DNA of 63,682 nt, filler included, from Octopus bimaculoides (GCF_001194135.2; 6 parts of 6 records of this genome joined end to end with filler, not necessarily neighbours in it); one strand, 5' to 3'; positions 40,880 through 53,740 are shown, numbered from the whole stretch's first letter. The notes: a model not told the origin generated them from the letters alone. Made by a program: numbers and translations.

Positions 40880-41950
40880 ATCATCACACTCTGGAAGAAC
40901 TGTCACCGTTATTACAAATATTTCAAAGGGAATATTCCAAGGCGACAGACTGTCTGCGCTTCTGTTTATTTTGAATGTAAACTGTACAAGAGCAAGAGAT
41001 ATTAATGTTACCATTAACTTCTTTGTTCACTATCTGAAGATCTATGCTTGAAATATTTAAACTGCTAAGAAACAGCTGGATTTAGTCAAAATAATTTCTG
41101 CTGATATAGGAATGGAATTCAGCCAAAAGACGTGTTCATATTTAACAATTGAACGTAATAAAAATGTTCCCTTAACCGAAAACCTTTACATCAATAGTCT
41201 CGCTATCTCCTGAGTTCCATACATTAACTGCTACAAATCCCTAGGTATTGATGAGGAAATATCAAACAAATGTGTTTTGAATAAAGATGGAGTAAGCAAA
41301 ATTTATTATACTAAACTCTAAACTAAATAAAAGATATGGCAGTCAGAACTTTCCTCCAACAGTGTATTTAAAATACCTATACTAATACCGGTTTTTCTGA
41401 TACTTGAATGTTAAGTAGTGGAAATCTGCTCTGTAGGCATTGAAAAGAGTGTGATCCTGGTTTCAACAGCAAAATTCCATCGAAAGAGTGACAATGACAA
41501 TCGCTGATCTCAATAAAGAGGGATGGGTCAAATTAAGATCAGCGGAGTGTTGGAATGTCGGATGGTAACAGGTTATATAAAGAGAATAACATACAGACGC
41601 GAAAAAATCACGCGCATATACACCTGCCGAAGAAAAGAGCACATAGCAAAAATAGGACAAACAGCTTACCCAAATTAAACACGCTGTGCATAACAGTTGT
41701 GCATAGACAAAATATTAAATTAAAACAGGCTTTTACCAAAACGTGTAGTGACAGACACATTATCAACCATACAGGACCACACAAGAAAACTATTACAAAA
41801 TAAACTTGATGGGACAAACTTGGTTATGTTGACAGGTATATCTTGTTGGGAAGCGTGATTGATACATCGCCACTTTATATGCACCCACAAAATGGTTTAT
41901 CATCACGATATGAAAAATGAGCGATGAATAAGCAAATTTAAACGAACCAA
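40880..41950 (+). mobile_element. Decayed Dong/R4-like LINE reverse transcriptase fragment
   Basis: KGIFQGDRLSALLFIL, HYLKIYA (from MDDLKLYA), DIGMEF..K.C, YKSLGI and KIWQSELS, with stops. Confidence 0.8.
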
Positions 41951-43278
41951 TCACCAAATGGAAAACACCAGCCAATGAACAAAGCACAAGCAGTGAACCA
42001 CACACACACACACATACATATACACACACACATACACACATACAAGGCGGAGAGCTGGCATACGTGCATATATATTTATGTATACGTTCGTATATGTAAC
42101 TATATCGTATGTTGTATATACATATATATTTGTATTTATGTGCTTTTCTGAGTATATTCTACTGATGAGGTAAAGCATTCTTTATGCAGAGCCAGAAATC
42201 CGGGATCTGGAATTATCCAGTAATTTTGTCTCTAAGTCTTCTCTCCTGGTGACATATGAACACTTATTGTGATTTTAGAGCCAAGCTTTGACTGCTGTTT
42301 CCGGCGTGGTGGTATCTCATAGATACCCGAAATTATCATTTTAAATAATTGTTACCTTTGATGGTTTTTATTCCCATGCTGGTCACTTGATAAAATCGGT
42401 ATTTAAATATCGATTTTATCCTTATTTATATAAATTTATATATATATATATNNNNNNNNNNNNNNNNNNNNNNNNNNNNNNNNNNNNNNNNNNNNNNNNN
42501 NNNNNNNNNNNNNNNNNNNNNNNNNNNNNNNNNNNNNNNNNNNNNNNNNNNNNNNNNNNNNNNNNNNNNNNNNNNNNNNNNNNNNNNNNNNNNNNNNNNN
42601 NNNNNNNNNNNNNNNNNNNNNNNNNNNNNNNNNNNNNNNNNNNNNNNNNNNNNNNNNNNNNNNNNNNNNNNNNNNNNNNNNNNNNNNNNNNNNNNNNNNN
42701 NNNNNNNNNNNNNNNNNNNNNNNNNNNNNNNNNNNNNNNNNNNNNNNNNNNNNNNNNNNNNNNNNNNNNNNNNNNNNNNNNNNNNNNNNNNNNNNNNNNN
42801 NNNNNNNNNNNNNNNNNNNNNNNNNNNNNNNNNNNNNNNNNNNNNNNNNNNNNNNNNNNNNNNNNNNNNNNNNNNNNNNNNNNNNNNNNNNNNNNNNNNN
42901 NNNNNNNNNNNNNNNNNNNNNNNNNNNNNNNNNNNNNNNNNNNNNNNNNNNNNTATATATATGTATGTATGTATGTATATATATATACATTCAGCAATGG
43001 TGATCTGTGATCTTAGGCCTACTCTAGCTATCTTAACAATCTCTGGAAGGACAGAAAGCATAGAAGAATTGCGTGCATTTGAACATACAACTGAAAGGGA
43101 TGATCTAATATTGCAAAGTATACAAAAAAAACTATCGTCTTGTAAAACTTGAAAAAATTTACGATCGGTACTCGAAAACAGCTACGATAAACATTCGGAT
43201 TCATTTTAGGAATAATGGAGTGTAGCTGTGATATATGACTCCCATTAGAGCAGCTATCCGCCCCTCACACACATGTGC

Positions 43279-43313
<35 letters not shown>

Positions 43314-43634
43314 NNNNNNNNNNNNNNNNNNNNNNNNNNNNNNNNNNNNNNNNNNNNTTAATTAATTAANNNNNNNNNNNNNNNNNNNNNNNNNNNNNNN
43401 NNNNNNNNNNNNNCAAGAAGACTACAAGCCGATAACCAAAACAGTAACAATGAGGATAAATACATTCTCATATATACATATCCATATATACACCCTTATA
43501 CACATTATGTCCCCTCACATATACCCATACTTATTCATACATACACAACTGTGTGGCCAACTATCATTACATCCGTATGTACACAACTACATACCTACCT
43601 ACATACTCACCTATGCATATACACATACATAAAT

Positions 43635-43673
<39 letters not shown>

Positions 43674-43774
43674 CATACATATATACATATACATACAACC
43701 ATGTAGATATCCACACCCAGCCCCCAACCCCTAACTCTCTCACGTTATATATACATATATATTATAATAATTAT

Positions 43775-43824
<50 letters not shown>

Positions 43825-45159
43825 TATGTATATATAAAGGTTATGAAGGGTATTGGAGTCAACCAAACCCTAAAGATACAAGCAATACCGAGTAAGTGCT
43901 GTATACCGACTAGTTTTGCCCCTGTCTTTGTAGCAACATGAGTGGGGAATATAACTTAGGCCGTGTATTAGCGTGTGTATATATAAATAAAGAAAAAGAT
44001 AAAGAGACCAATGGCAAAGTTAGAATTATATTTATGTATAAAGTCTTACAGCTGTTTCAGGGAAAATCCAATGTATCCCTTCATCGGAGACGGTAATAGT
44101 AGAAGAATGGATTATTACATCTATAAGAGGAGATTTCTAGTAAGAAGTGAGAGCGATAATATATATATATATATATANNNNNNNNNNNNNNNNNNNNNNN
44201 NNNNNNNNNNNNNNNNNNNNNNNNNNNNNNNNNNNNNNNNNNNNNNNNNNNNNNNNNNNNNNNNNNNNNNNNNNNNNNNNNNNNNNNNNNNNNNNNNNNN
44301 NNNNNNNNNNNNNNNNNNNNNNNNNNNNNNNNNNNNNNNNNNNNNNNNNNNNNNNNNNNNNNNNNNNNNNNNNNNNNNNNNNNNNNNNNNNNNNNNNNNN
44401 NNNNNNNNNNNNNNNNNNNNNNNNNNNNNNNNNNNNNNNNNNNNNNNNNNNNNNNNNNNNNNNNNNNNNNNNNNNNNNNNNNNNNNNNNNNNNNNNNNNN
44501 NNNNNNNNNNNNNNNNNNNNNNNNNNNNNNNNNNNNNNNNNNNNNNNNNNNNNNNNNNNNNNNNNNNNNNNNNNNNNNNNNNNNNNNNNNNNNNNNNNNN
44601 NNNNNNNNNNNNNNNNNNNNNNNNNNNNNNNNNNNNNNNNNNNNNNNNNNNNNNNNNNNNNNNNNNNNNNNNNNNNNNNNNNNNNNNNNNNNNNNNNNNN
44701 NNNNNNNNNNNNNNNNNNNNNNNNNNNNNNNNNNNNNNNNNNNNNNNNNNNNNNNNNNNNNNNNNNNNNNNNNNNNNNNNNNNNNNNNNNNNNNNNNNNN
44801 NNNNNNNNNNNNNNNNNNNNNNNNNNNNNNNNNNNNNNNNNNNNNNNNNNNNNNNNNNNNNNNNNNNNNNNNNNNNNNNNNNNNNNNNNNNNNNNNNNNN
44901 NNNNNNNNNNNNNNNNNNNNNNNNNNNNNNNNNNNNNNNNNNNNNNNNNNNNNNNNNNNNNNNNNNNNNNNNNNNNNNNNNNNNNNNNNNNNNNNNNNNN
45001 NNNNNNNNNNNNNNNNNNNNNNNNNNNNNNNNNNNNNNNNNNNNNNNNNNNNNNNNNNNNNNNNNNNNNNNNNNNNNNNNNNNNNNNNNNNNNNNNNNNN
45101 NNNNNNNNNNNNNNNNNNNNNNNNNNNNNNNNNNNNNNNNNNNNNNNNNNNNNNNNNNN

Positions 45160-46133
45160 GAACCGCTCGTGATTAGTATGCCAAGTTCAAAAATGGAAAG
45201 TTTGAACTCAAAGACGCATCTTTTTTCTGAGTTCGATGAAGAGTGATTAAACCAACTTTTGCACGAAAATTCTTGTCAAACGACGAGTGAAGAAATGGCA
45301 GAGAAAATGGAATGCTCGCTCCCACATTGCTATAGAGAAGCATCTTCACTCGATGGGAAAGGTTCAAAAGTATGGAGCATGGGTTCCGCATGCTTTAAGT
45401 GACAACAACAAAAATCAACGGGCCACAATCTCCGCTGGTTTACTTGCTCGTCACCGCTCAACTCATGGACACAAGCAACGATTTCTTTACAGAATCATTA
45501 CTGGCAACGCAAAATAGTGCCTCTACATCAATATGAAGCAGCGTAAGTAATGGCTTAACCCCGGTAAACAAGCGACACCGCGGTGAAAGAAGATCTTCAT
45601 TCGTGTAAAACGATGTTGTGCGTATGGTAAGACTGGGAGGGGGATTATCCATACCGAATTACTTGAACAGAATCAAGCGGTCAACGCGGAACTCTATGTT
45701 CAACAGATGGAACAACTCAACATGGCTATTCAAGAGAAAAGACCTAATCGTCAGCATTGAGTTCTTCTGCTGCACGACAACGCCCGCCTTCATATCGCCA
45801 ATAGGAGCAAGGAAGCCATTCAAACGCATGGCTGGGAAGTGCTGCCACACCTGCCGTACTCTCCTGATTTGGCACCAATAGATTTCCACCTCTTTCGATC
45901 TCTTTCACATGCTATACGCGGAGTTTCGTTCAATACTGATGCAGAATTGAGAGCTTGGTTGGATCAATTTTTCGAGTCGAAATCGGGTGATTTCTACCAA
46001 CGAGGTGTTGATAATCTTGTTGAACTTCGGGAAGAAGTTGTAAACAACAACGGTGAATACATTATTGAATAATTAGTTATTATTTTTTACTAAACATTTT
46101 AAAAAGGCAGCGGGAACTTAGTTGCCAACCTAA
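45160..46133 (+). mobile_element. Decayed mariner (DD34D) transposon, left end lost in gap
   Basis: Translation gives WVPHAL, ITGNAK (from ITGDEK), HDNA and YSPDLAPID with 34 residues between the last two Asp, plus several stops and frameshifts. Right TIR ...AACTTAGTTGCCAACCTAA is followed by TA. Confidence 0.95.
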
Positions 46134-46156
46134 TATATATATATATATATATATAA

Positions 46157-46222
<66 letters not shown>

Positions 46223-46235
46223 GCATAATACATAC

Positions 46236-46267
<32 letters not shown>

Positions 46268-46405
46268 CTGACATGATATTTTGAATGACGTTTATAGAAT
46301 ACACATGCATATCATATAACGCACTGTTTAGACTTTTTTTTTTGTGGAGTTTTGTGGAGACGAAAGAAAGCATTTACAAGAAAATCTATGAATTGTAATA
46401 CTTAC

Positions 46406-46533
46406 TGACAACGTATTTAGATTTGACGTATCCACCATGTATCACAAATCTACTTACAGTTGTTGACTGTTCACCAAGAGACGCTTGGTTGTTGGAACCA
46501 ATATTTACTTGAATACGTTTGACTTTTCCCTCC
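46406..46533 (-). CDS. S1 serine peptidase exon 3: EGKVKRIQVNIGSNNQASLGEQSTTVSRFVIHGGYVKSKYVV
   Basis: Acceptor tatttcattttatttcag, donor GTCA|GTAAGT, phase 2 to 1, joining exon 2 in frame (CT|G = Leu). Matches the S1 segment V.LG...EQ...V..I.H..Y that precedes the DIA (Asp102) motif. Confidence 0.9.
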
Positions 46534-47102
46534 CTGAAATAAAATGAAATATACCAAATGTTTAATTTCATATCATTATGTACTTGAAATTCTTCTCTTA
46601 GACGGAAATTTTTGTCCCTCATTTGTGGTATTGTAACATGGGTTTCTTATCGGGCACGGTTACTGTTTTCTTTATATCCATTTAAATACTGCTTCTTGAA
46701 CAGTGAGTGTGTTATTAAAATATAACTCTATGGCAATTGTTTGTCAGAACGATATTAGATACACTATGTAAAATGCACACAATCCATAGACAAAACGTTT
46801 ATAGATTGAATCGATGTAATCATTTCACACACGATTTTTATAAGTTGAAAACTAATGTATTAATACTAAATAAATATCTCCAATTATTTTATGTGAAAGA
46901 CAATTTATACTATGTTTGCTAGAAACATAAATTCCGATGTGAATTTTAACCTGATATTGAAGCCAGTATATATGTTAGTATTTACACCAACCAATTCTTT
47001 TCACACTTTATATTATACAAGCATAGCACCAAACCTTCTTTCATAATCAAGTGATGTAATATGAGTTGAAGACGTCAATATATATTTTATAAATATACTT
47101 AC

Positions 47103-47262
47103 AGACAGTGAGCTGCTGTCAAAACATGTGTAGCATCAATCAAAGTACCTCCACATGCACCATAACTATATTGTGAAGGCTGGTTAAATACTTTGAGATG
47201 GACAATGGATGGAAATTGACAGTTACTTGCTCGAGATCCACCGACGATTCCTTTCTGAGTGC
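47103..47262 (-). CDS. S1 serine peptidase exon 2: (G)TQKGIVGGSRASNCQFPSIVHLKVFNQPSQYSYGACGGTLIDATHVLTAAHC(L)
   Basis: Acceptor ttttctgattttctttcag, donor CT|GTAAGT, 160 nt open, phase 1 to 2. Contains the S1A motifs IVGG, CGGTL and TAAHC (His57). Confidence 0.95.
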
Positions 47263-47546
47263 CTGAAAGAAAATCAGAAAAGCAAATTGATATATATATA
47301 TTCCTGGATGAATTATTCTTGAATGTCTATATCACTTGTATATCACTTGAATATATCACTTGTATTTTGAAGCATTAACTGTATTTAAAAACTTACTTCC
47401 AAACTCCTTTTTCAAATTAAATCTATGATTTAAAAATATATGCAGCATTTACTGACATCGGCATGAACAATGATATCAGCTGGTATCAATACCAATTTTG
47501 AAAAGCTCTGTAACAAAAAACCTTTCGACTGGAGGGCCTGACTTAC

Positions 47547-47583
47547 CATTAGCAGAAACAAGAAGGTAGCACAGAGGCAGCAT
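47547..47583 (-). CDS. S1 serine peptidase exon 1, putative short signal peptide MLPLCYLLVSAN(G)
   Basis: ACCATG start 44 nt below an Inr, ending at a consensus donor AATG|GTAAGT in phase 1. The phase matches exon 2. Confidence 0.7.
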
Positions 47584-47622
47584 GGTATCACTAGATGTTA
47601 AGTTACAAGCGTAGAAGAGCTG

Positions 47623-47659
47623 AACTGATGCTAGGATTACGGAGAGTACGGTATTTATA
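47623..47659 (-). promoter_or_regulatory. TATA box and initiator of the S1 peptidase gene
   Basis: Minus-strand TATAAATA at 47659-47652 and TCAGTT at 47628-47623, about 33 nt apart and directly upstream of the ATG at 47583. Confidence 0.7.
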
Positions 47660-48762
47660 GGTAAGTCTCATTAGGAAAACATCCTTTCGTGAAAGAACAG
47701 CTGTAAATATCCATCAATATTCTAACAATATCGCAAAGAACAACAGAGAATGTTTCAATGTTATCATACAAAATATCTAATTATTAAAATTTTGCATAAT
47801 ACTCACAAAAGCGATGTTCTAATTTCTATTAAAGGAATGTTGTCACGTTTTGAAAAGTAATATTTAAAATTCATGTATGACAATGAGCAAAGAATCTCAT
47901 AGCAGAATCGATGTAACAGATGCCGCAATTAATAAGGAGAGCAGAGGCAAAATTACAACTAGAGACGAATTACTGAATTATTCAATGAATAATGAGAAAG
48001 CACAATACAATAATCCTATTTCCAAAGACATATATGCAAATTTTGAATATAGGCGCAGGTGTGATTGGGTGGCAAAAATTTTGCTTCGAAACCACTTGGT
48101 TCTGGGTTCAGTTCTGCTGCGTGCTAACTTGGGTAATTTTCCTGTATTATAGCCTCGAACCAAGCAAGGCGTTGTGAGTGCATTTGGTAGACGGAGTCTG
48201 AAGGAATCCCGCCATGTGTGTGTGTGTGTAATGTTTAAACACGAATTGGACTGCAAAGCCAATGGCTTAGCTGGCTGAAACTTCGAAATCACTGTCAGTA
48301 ATAATCTTGTTAAAAAACTATAAAACTATAAAATGTTACGAAAGTTTAGTGCAACCCTTCATGTTAATGTAAAATTATTTTCATAATAAGTGATCATAAA
48401 CATATACATACATACAGAAGCACGCACGCACACACACACACACACACACAGAGGCACGCAAACACACATAGTTATAATAATATGGGTAGTAGGCCTAAAA
48501 ATAAGTACTGGCCTCGATTTGTTTAACTCCCAATATTGTGCCGCAGCTTGGCTGCAGTCTAGAAACTGAAGCAAGTACAAGAATAAAAGAATATATATGT
48601 ATGAGTATATGCATATATATGTACATGTATGTACATACCTTCATCCACATGTATATATAGATGCATATCTGGGTACATGACGTTGCAAAAAAAACATGGA
48701 CAAAATGTTAAACAAGATACAAAAAACTCACAGGCCACACACACACACACACACACATACAT

Positions 48763-48800
<38 letters not shown>

Positions 48801-49299
48801 TACACACACACAAACATACGNNNNNNNNNNNNNNNNNNNNNNNNNNNNNNNNNNNNNNNNNNNNNNNNNNNNNNNNNNNNNNNNNNNNNNNNNNNNNNNN
48901 NNNNNNNNNNNNNNNNNNNNNNNNNNNNNNNNNNNNNNNNNNNNNNNNNNNNNNNNNNNNNNNNNNNNNNNNNNNNNNNNNNNNNNNNNNNNNNNNNNNN
49001 NNNNNNNNNNNNNNNNNNNNNNNNNNNNNNNNNNNNNNNNNNNNNNNNNNNNNNNNNNNNNNNNNNNNNNNNNNNNNNNNNNNNNNNNNNNNNNNNNNNN
49101 NNNNNNNNNNNNNNNNNNNNNNNNNNNNNNNNNNNNNNNNNNNNNNNNNNNNNNNNNNNNNNNNNNNNNNNNNNNNNNNNNNNNNNNNNNNNNNNNNNNN
49201 NNNNNNNNNNNNNNNNNNNNNNNNNNNNNNNNNNNNNNNNNNNNNNNNNNNNNNNNNNNNNNNNNNNNNNNNNNNNNNNNNNNNNNNNNNNNNNNNNNN

Positions 49300-49357
<58 letters not shown>

Positions 49358-50104
49358 CACACATAATATAAGGAAAATGCGGAGCTTGAACAAAGTAAAA
49401 ATCAATGTATTTGTCTGATAGTCACTTCCATATCGCCTATTTACGTTTCCATTTCTTACCATCATTCAGATTTGGTAATTAAGATTGCATTATGCATTTG
49501 AAAGGCAAAAATCTCTCCAGAGCAAAATTTAAGAATTATTTGTTCGCATCCTAATGAACGGAAAGTTACTTACAAACTGAGATAGCAGAATGCTTTTGTG
49601 TGTTTTTGTTTGTCAGTATGTGTGTCTTTTGTATTCCTTTCTTAAAATAGCTTGAGGTTAAACTACGACCACAGTGAGTAATGGCTAGTTGTAGTTCAGA
49701 GCAGCTAGGCAATACTATCATTCTCCTTTGATCGGTTTTATAAAAGCTGGCTACTACCCCTTTCTCTACTCACTTGTGGAGAGAATAAAAAGTAATATAT
49801 ATATATCTTAGCAAGAATCCAAATGAATACATGTATTCAACTTTTACTTATTTGGTTGTGAGAATTTCAATTTTTATTAGAATTTAAAAAATTTCTATTG
49901 ATGTATTAGTCTTATTTGATGATAGTTTAGGTTAAACATATTTTTAGTTTTTATAATTAATGGAGGTATGATTCACTATGTATCATATGTATGTAGTTAG
50001 ACTATTTTCAAATGGTGAAGGTACATTTCATTTTGAGGTTACTTCCTATTTTTATTTTAATTCTTCATCATTCATGTTGTGTTTATTTAAATGTAATTTA
50101 TTGA

Positions 50105-50148
<44 letters not shown>

Positions 50149-50781
50149 NNNNNNNNNNNNNNNNNNNNNNNNNNNNNNNNNNNNNNNNNNNNNNNNNNNN
50201 NNNNNNNNNNNNNNNNNNNNNNNNNNNNNNNNNNNNNNNNNNNNNNNNNNNNNNNNNNNNNNNNNNNNNNNNNNNNNNGATAATGGGAAAATACTATGAA
50301 TTAAGTTTTCCCTGAAATGTGAATACAAACGAAATGAAACAAGTTGCGCGTAAATCGTACCAGTGGTTATTGAGATATTGGGGGTCTAGGCGATATAAGT
50401 ATCCCAAACGGTGCATAATGGGAAAATACTTCGAAAATAAGTTAACTCGGAATGGGAAGAAACTCTAACATTTCGGTTAGACACATTAGGGGCTTTAACT
50501 TGCCAACGCAAAAATACGAGTTATTTTTACAGTAAATGTTTCTATTTTCGCTTTTCTTAAACACAATATTTCAATCATTTAGAAATATTTTTAAGTGAAT
50601 GGGATTTCAAAAATGTAAGTTGTTTGTAAAATAAGTTTTATATGTTAGCTTTCTTTAAACGCACAATATATTAATCTTTTTAAAAATTAGTTTCAAGTGA
50701 ATACAATTACAAAACTTTTGGCCTATTTTTAAAATATTTTAAAGTGAAAATGACTTTAAAAAATATGGTAAATATATCGTA

Positions 50782-51232
50782 AAAGATCCGTTCATAACCT
50801 CGGTGTGAAATGATTTCTTTGCATAGGTTTATTTCGAGTGCATTCAACGTATCTCACCGTCAAAGATTCGGATGCTATTTCTAGCACTCCCTGGCAGCAC
50901 GTAACAGCTATTTGCGATAACTGACCCGAAGTAGCTATTACGTGGTAACAAGGCGTGTAAGAAATAGCAAGCAAATCTGACCTTTTCCGGGAAGAGGAGC
51001 CGTTTTCACGTGATTTCGATGTCATGCGTTGAAAGCATGCGAAATAACCCGGAAAAGAAAAAATACTCCACGAAACAAAATTCCATTGGTGGGTAACTTA
51101 GAGTTTCCCGGAAAACTCCGAGGTCTCCACAACCCTCCTCCCCTTTCTTTTCTGGAAGAAAGTGACTTCCGGTGTGTTTGGGTAAGATACGTTGAATGCA
51201 CTCGAAAAATAACTGTACGAACGGATCCTTTA
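50782..51232. repeat. Degenerate inverted-repeat element within a composite repeat (50280-51670)
   Basis: TTTCGAGTGCATTCAACGTATCT pairs with AGATACGTTGAATGCACTCGAAA, and GATCCGTTC pairs with GAACGGATC. Surrounding direct repeats ..TAAATCGGACCACGGGTT.. at ~50350, 51455 and 51605. Confidence 0.7.
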
Positions 51233-52199
51233 TGAAATACATACCCAAAATCGGTACAGGCATGCTAATAGAAGGACGGATGAGACTCATAAAGCATGGC
51301 TGAGCATCTGGCGGAACAGAGAGGAAGAGACTGAAGCAGGAGAGATCAGGAATCGGACACTCGGTGAGCTGAATGTTTGGCGAAACAGAGGGAAAGAGAC
51401 AAAAGCAGGAGACGTCATGAATCGAATGCTCATGTGAATACAAATGGAATAAAACAAGTTTTGCATAAATCGGACCACGGGTTACCAAGATACATGGTTT
51501 TTTCGGGTACCTTTATAAATAAAACCGGCGTATAACGGGGAAAATGCTTTGAAAGTACGGTACCCTTTAAATGTGAACATACACATAATAACAGAAGTTT
51601 CGTGTAAATCGGACCACGGGTTCCCGATATACACGGTGTTTTCGGCTACCTTGAACTATTGGTGACCCATNNNNNNNNNNNNNNNNNNNNNNNNNNNNNN
51701 NNNNNNNNNNNNNNNNNNNNNNNNNNNNNNNNNNNNNNNNNNNNNNNNNNNNNNNNNNNNNNNNNNNNNNNNNNNNNNNNNNNNNNNNNNNNNNNNNNNN
51801 NNNNNNNNNNNNNNNNNNNNNNNNNNNNNNNNNNNNNNNNNNNNNNNNNNNNNNNNNNNNNNNNNNNNNNNNNNNNNNNNNNNNNNNNNNNNNNNNNNNN
51901 NNNNNNNNNNNNNNNNNNNNNNNNNNNNNNNNNNNNNNNNNNNNNNNNNNNNNNNNNNNNNNNNNNNNNNNNNNNNNNNNNNNNNNNNNACACATATATA
52001 TATATATTTGTTTTCCTTTATGAATATAACAAGTTCATTATCCATCATTTAATACAATTGTTAAATTATCTATTTTAATACATCAGCTGATAGTAAGGGT
52101 TTCAATGTGTATTCCCTTATTTGATTAATATAAAATTATTAGTTCTTGATATTTATTTATTCACATAATGCCTGTTTAATTATATTTATTTGGAGTTAC

Positions 52200-52910
52200 T
52201 CGACGTATATTCATTGCTATAATGTCTATTTAATTTTGTTTATTTGAATTTATTAAACATATATCTAATTCTATGTGAGTAATAAAAATCTATTTTTCTT
52301 TTATTGTTGATTAATTTGTACTTGGATGTAATGATCTGGAAAATTTCCGCAATGCATTAGTCATACTTTTTGCTTCCAGCACTGTAAGATTTTGCCCTGC
52401 TAATTAATTCCCACTTCAGTGTATATTCCTTATGTTTGTCCTTAATTTCCGAAATCAATCTACTTAAACTAGTGCTAGCTTCTTTCCTCTTATCTCTAAA
52501 AATGCTTTCATGGTTGGCTATCCCGCTTTTCATATAATTTTCCGTAGAGCCTATATAGTAGTAATCTTGTTCTCTGACGTTACTTTACACCTATGTATCA
52601 TACTTTTTTCTCTACAAAACTTTGTTAATGGATATCTATTTTTATTTTTATTGGCACAATCACAGGTTTCATTTTCGGGACCTTTCGCTGTTTCCTTATT
52701 ACTAATGCTGTACCTATTTCCCCCGTTTTCAGGGTTGTTTTCTTTATATTTATTTCTTATGTTATGAGTTTTAACTAATAACTTATCTTTTTTCCTCTTC
52801 ATATCCATCTTAATATTTATATTGTAAATTATTTTATGTTCGTGGTTGCTACTATTTGTATCAGCATATATATCTAAATTATTTGCATTAGTGTATTTAT
52901 TATCGTTGTT
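52200..52910 (-). mobile_element. Penelope-like element GIY-YIG endonuclease region
   Basis: NETCDC..YPL..FCREKSMIHRCKVTSENK, then frameshifted YIGSTEN..ANH..EYTLKWELISRAKSYSAGSKK. Explains ORF 52551..53165. Confidence 0.8.
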
Positions 52911-52911
52911 T

Positions 52912-52973
<62 letters not shown>

Positions 52974-52987
52974 ATCATCATCATCAA

Positions 52988-53051
<64 letters not shown>

Positions 53052-53076
53052 TTTATTATTATTATCATCATCATCG

Positions 53077-53141
<65 letters not shown>

Positions 53142-53204
53142 TAATCTCCTTTTTGTAGGCTGCAAGCTTACATTTTTTGATCTGCGTGTGGCGATATTAA
53201 TGGT

Positions 53205-53515
53205 TACGTTTTGGATTGATCCAAATTGATCAGTGCCCTACCCATGCCAGATTCCTTAACTGCCCAACTGCCCTGTCTACGATGTAGCGCACGAGGTGGA
53301 GGTTGCCATGGATGCTCTAGCTCGGCACGGCGCATGTTTGTGCCTTGTCGACCAGTTTCTCGATGACAAGCGCCAACCTCTTGGCTAGCACCTTAGCCAA
53401 AATTTTCTAATCTTTATTGAGCGGAGTGATGGGTCTCAAGTTATCTATTACGTCCTCCTTGTTTGGATCTTTTTTTTAGCAGTGGTACGGATCCTCGGCT
53501 CACAAAACTGAGGAT
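53205..53515 (-). mobile_element. L1/Tx1-like reverse transcriptase fragment
   Basis: KKDPNK.DVIDNLRPIT.LN.D.KILAKVLAKRLALV..AQTCAVP.RSIHGNLHLVRYI..ALINLDQSK. Confidence 0.8.
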
Positions 53516-53684
53516 NNNNNNNNNNNNNNNNNNNNNNNNNNNNNNNNNNNNNNNNNNNNNNNNNNNNNNNNNNNNNNNNNNNNNNNNNNNNNNNNNNNNN
53601 NNNNNNNNNNNNNNNAATTAAATGGAGTTGCTTGAAACGATCGTAGTGCATTACCTCTGGATATCTTTGTTGCTTATTTTAATT

Positions 53685-53740
<56 letters not shown>

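Noticed and set aside
42990-43090. Phase-1 minus-strand acceptor and ORF (VCSNARNSSMLSVLPEIVK..) as peptidase exon 4
   Set aside because: No DIA motif or S1 similarity; it runs into a microsatellite without a donor.
52551-53165. 204-aa Asn-rich ORF as a host gene
   Set aside because: It is a microsatellite fused to a Penelope-like GIY-YIG remnant.
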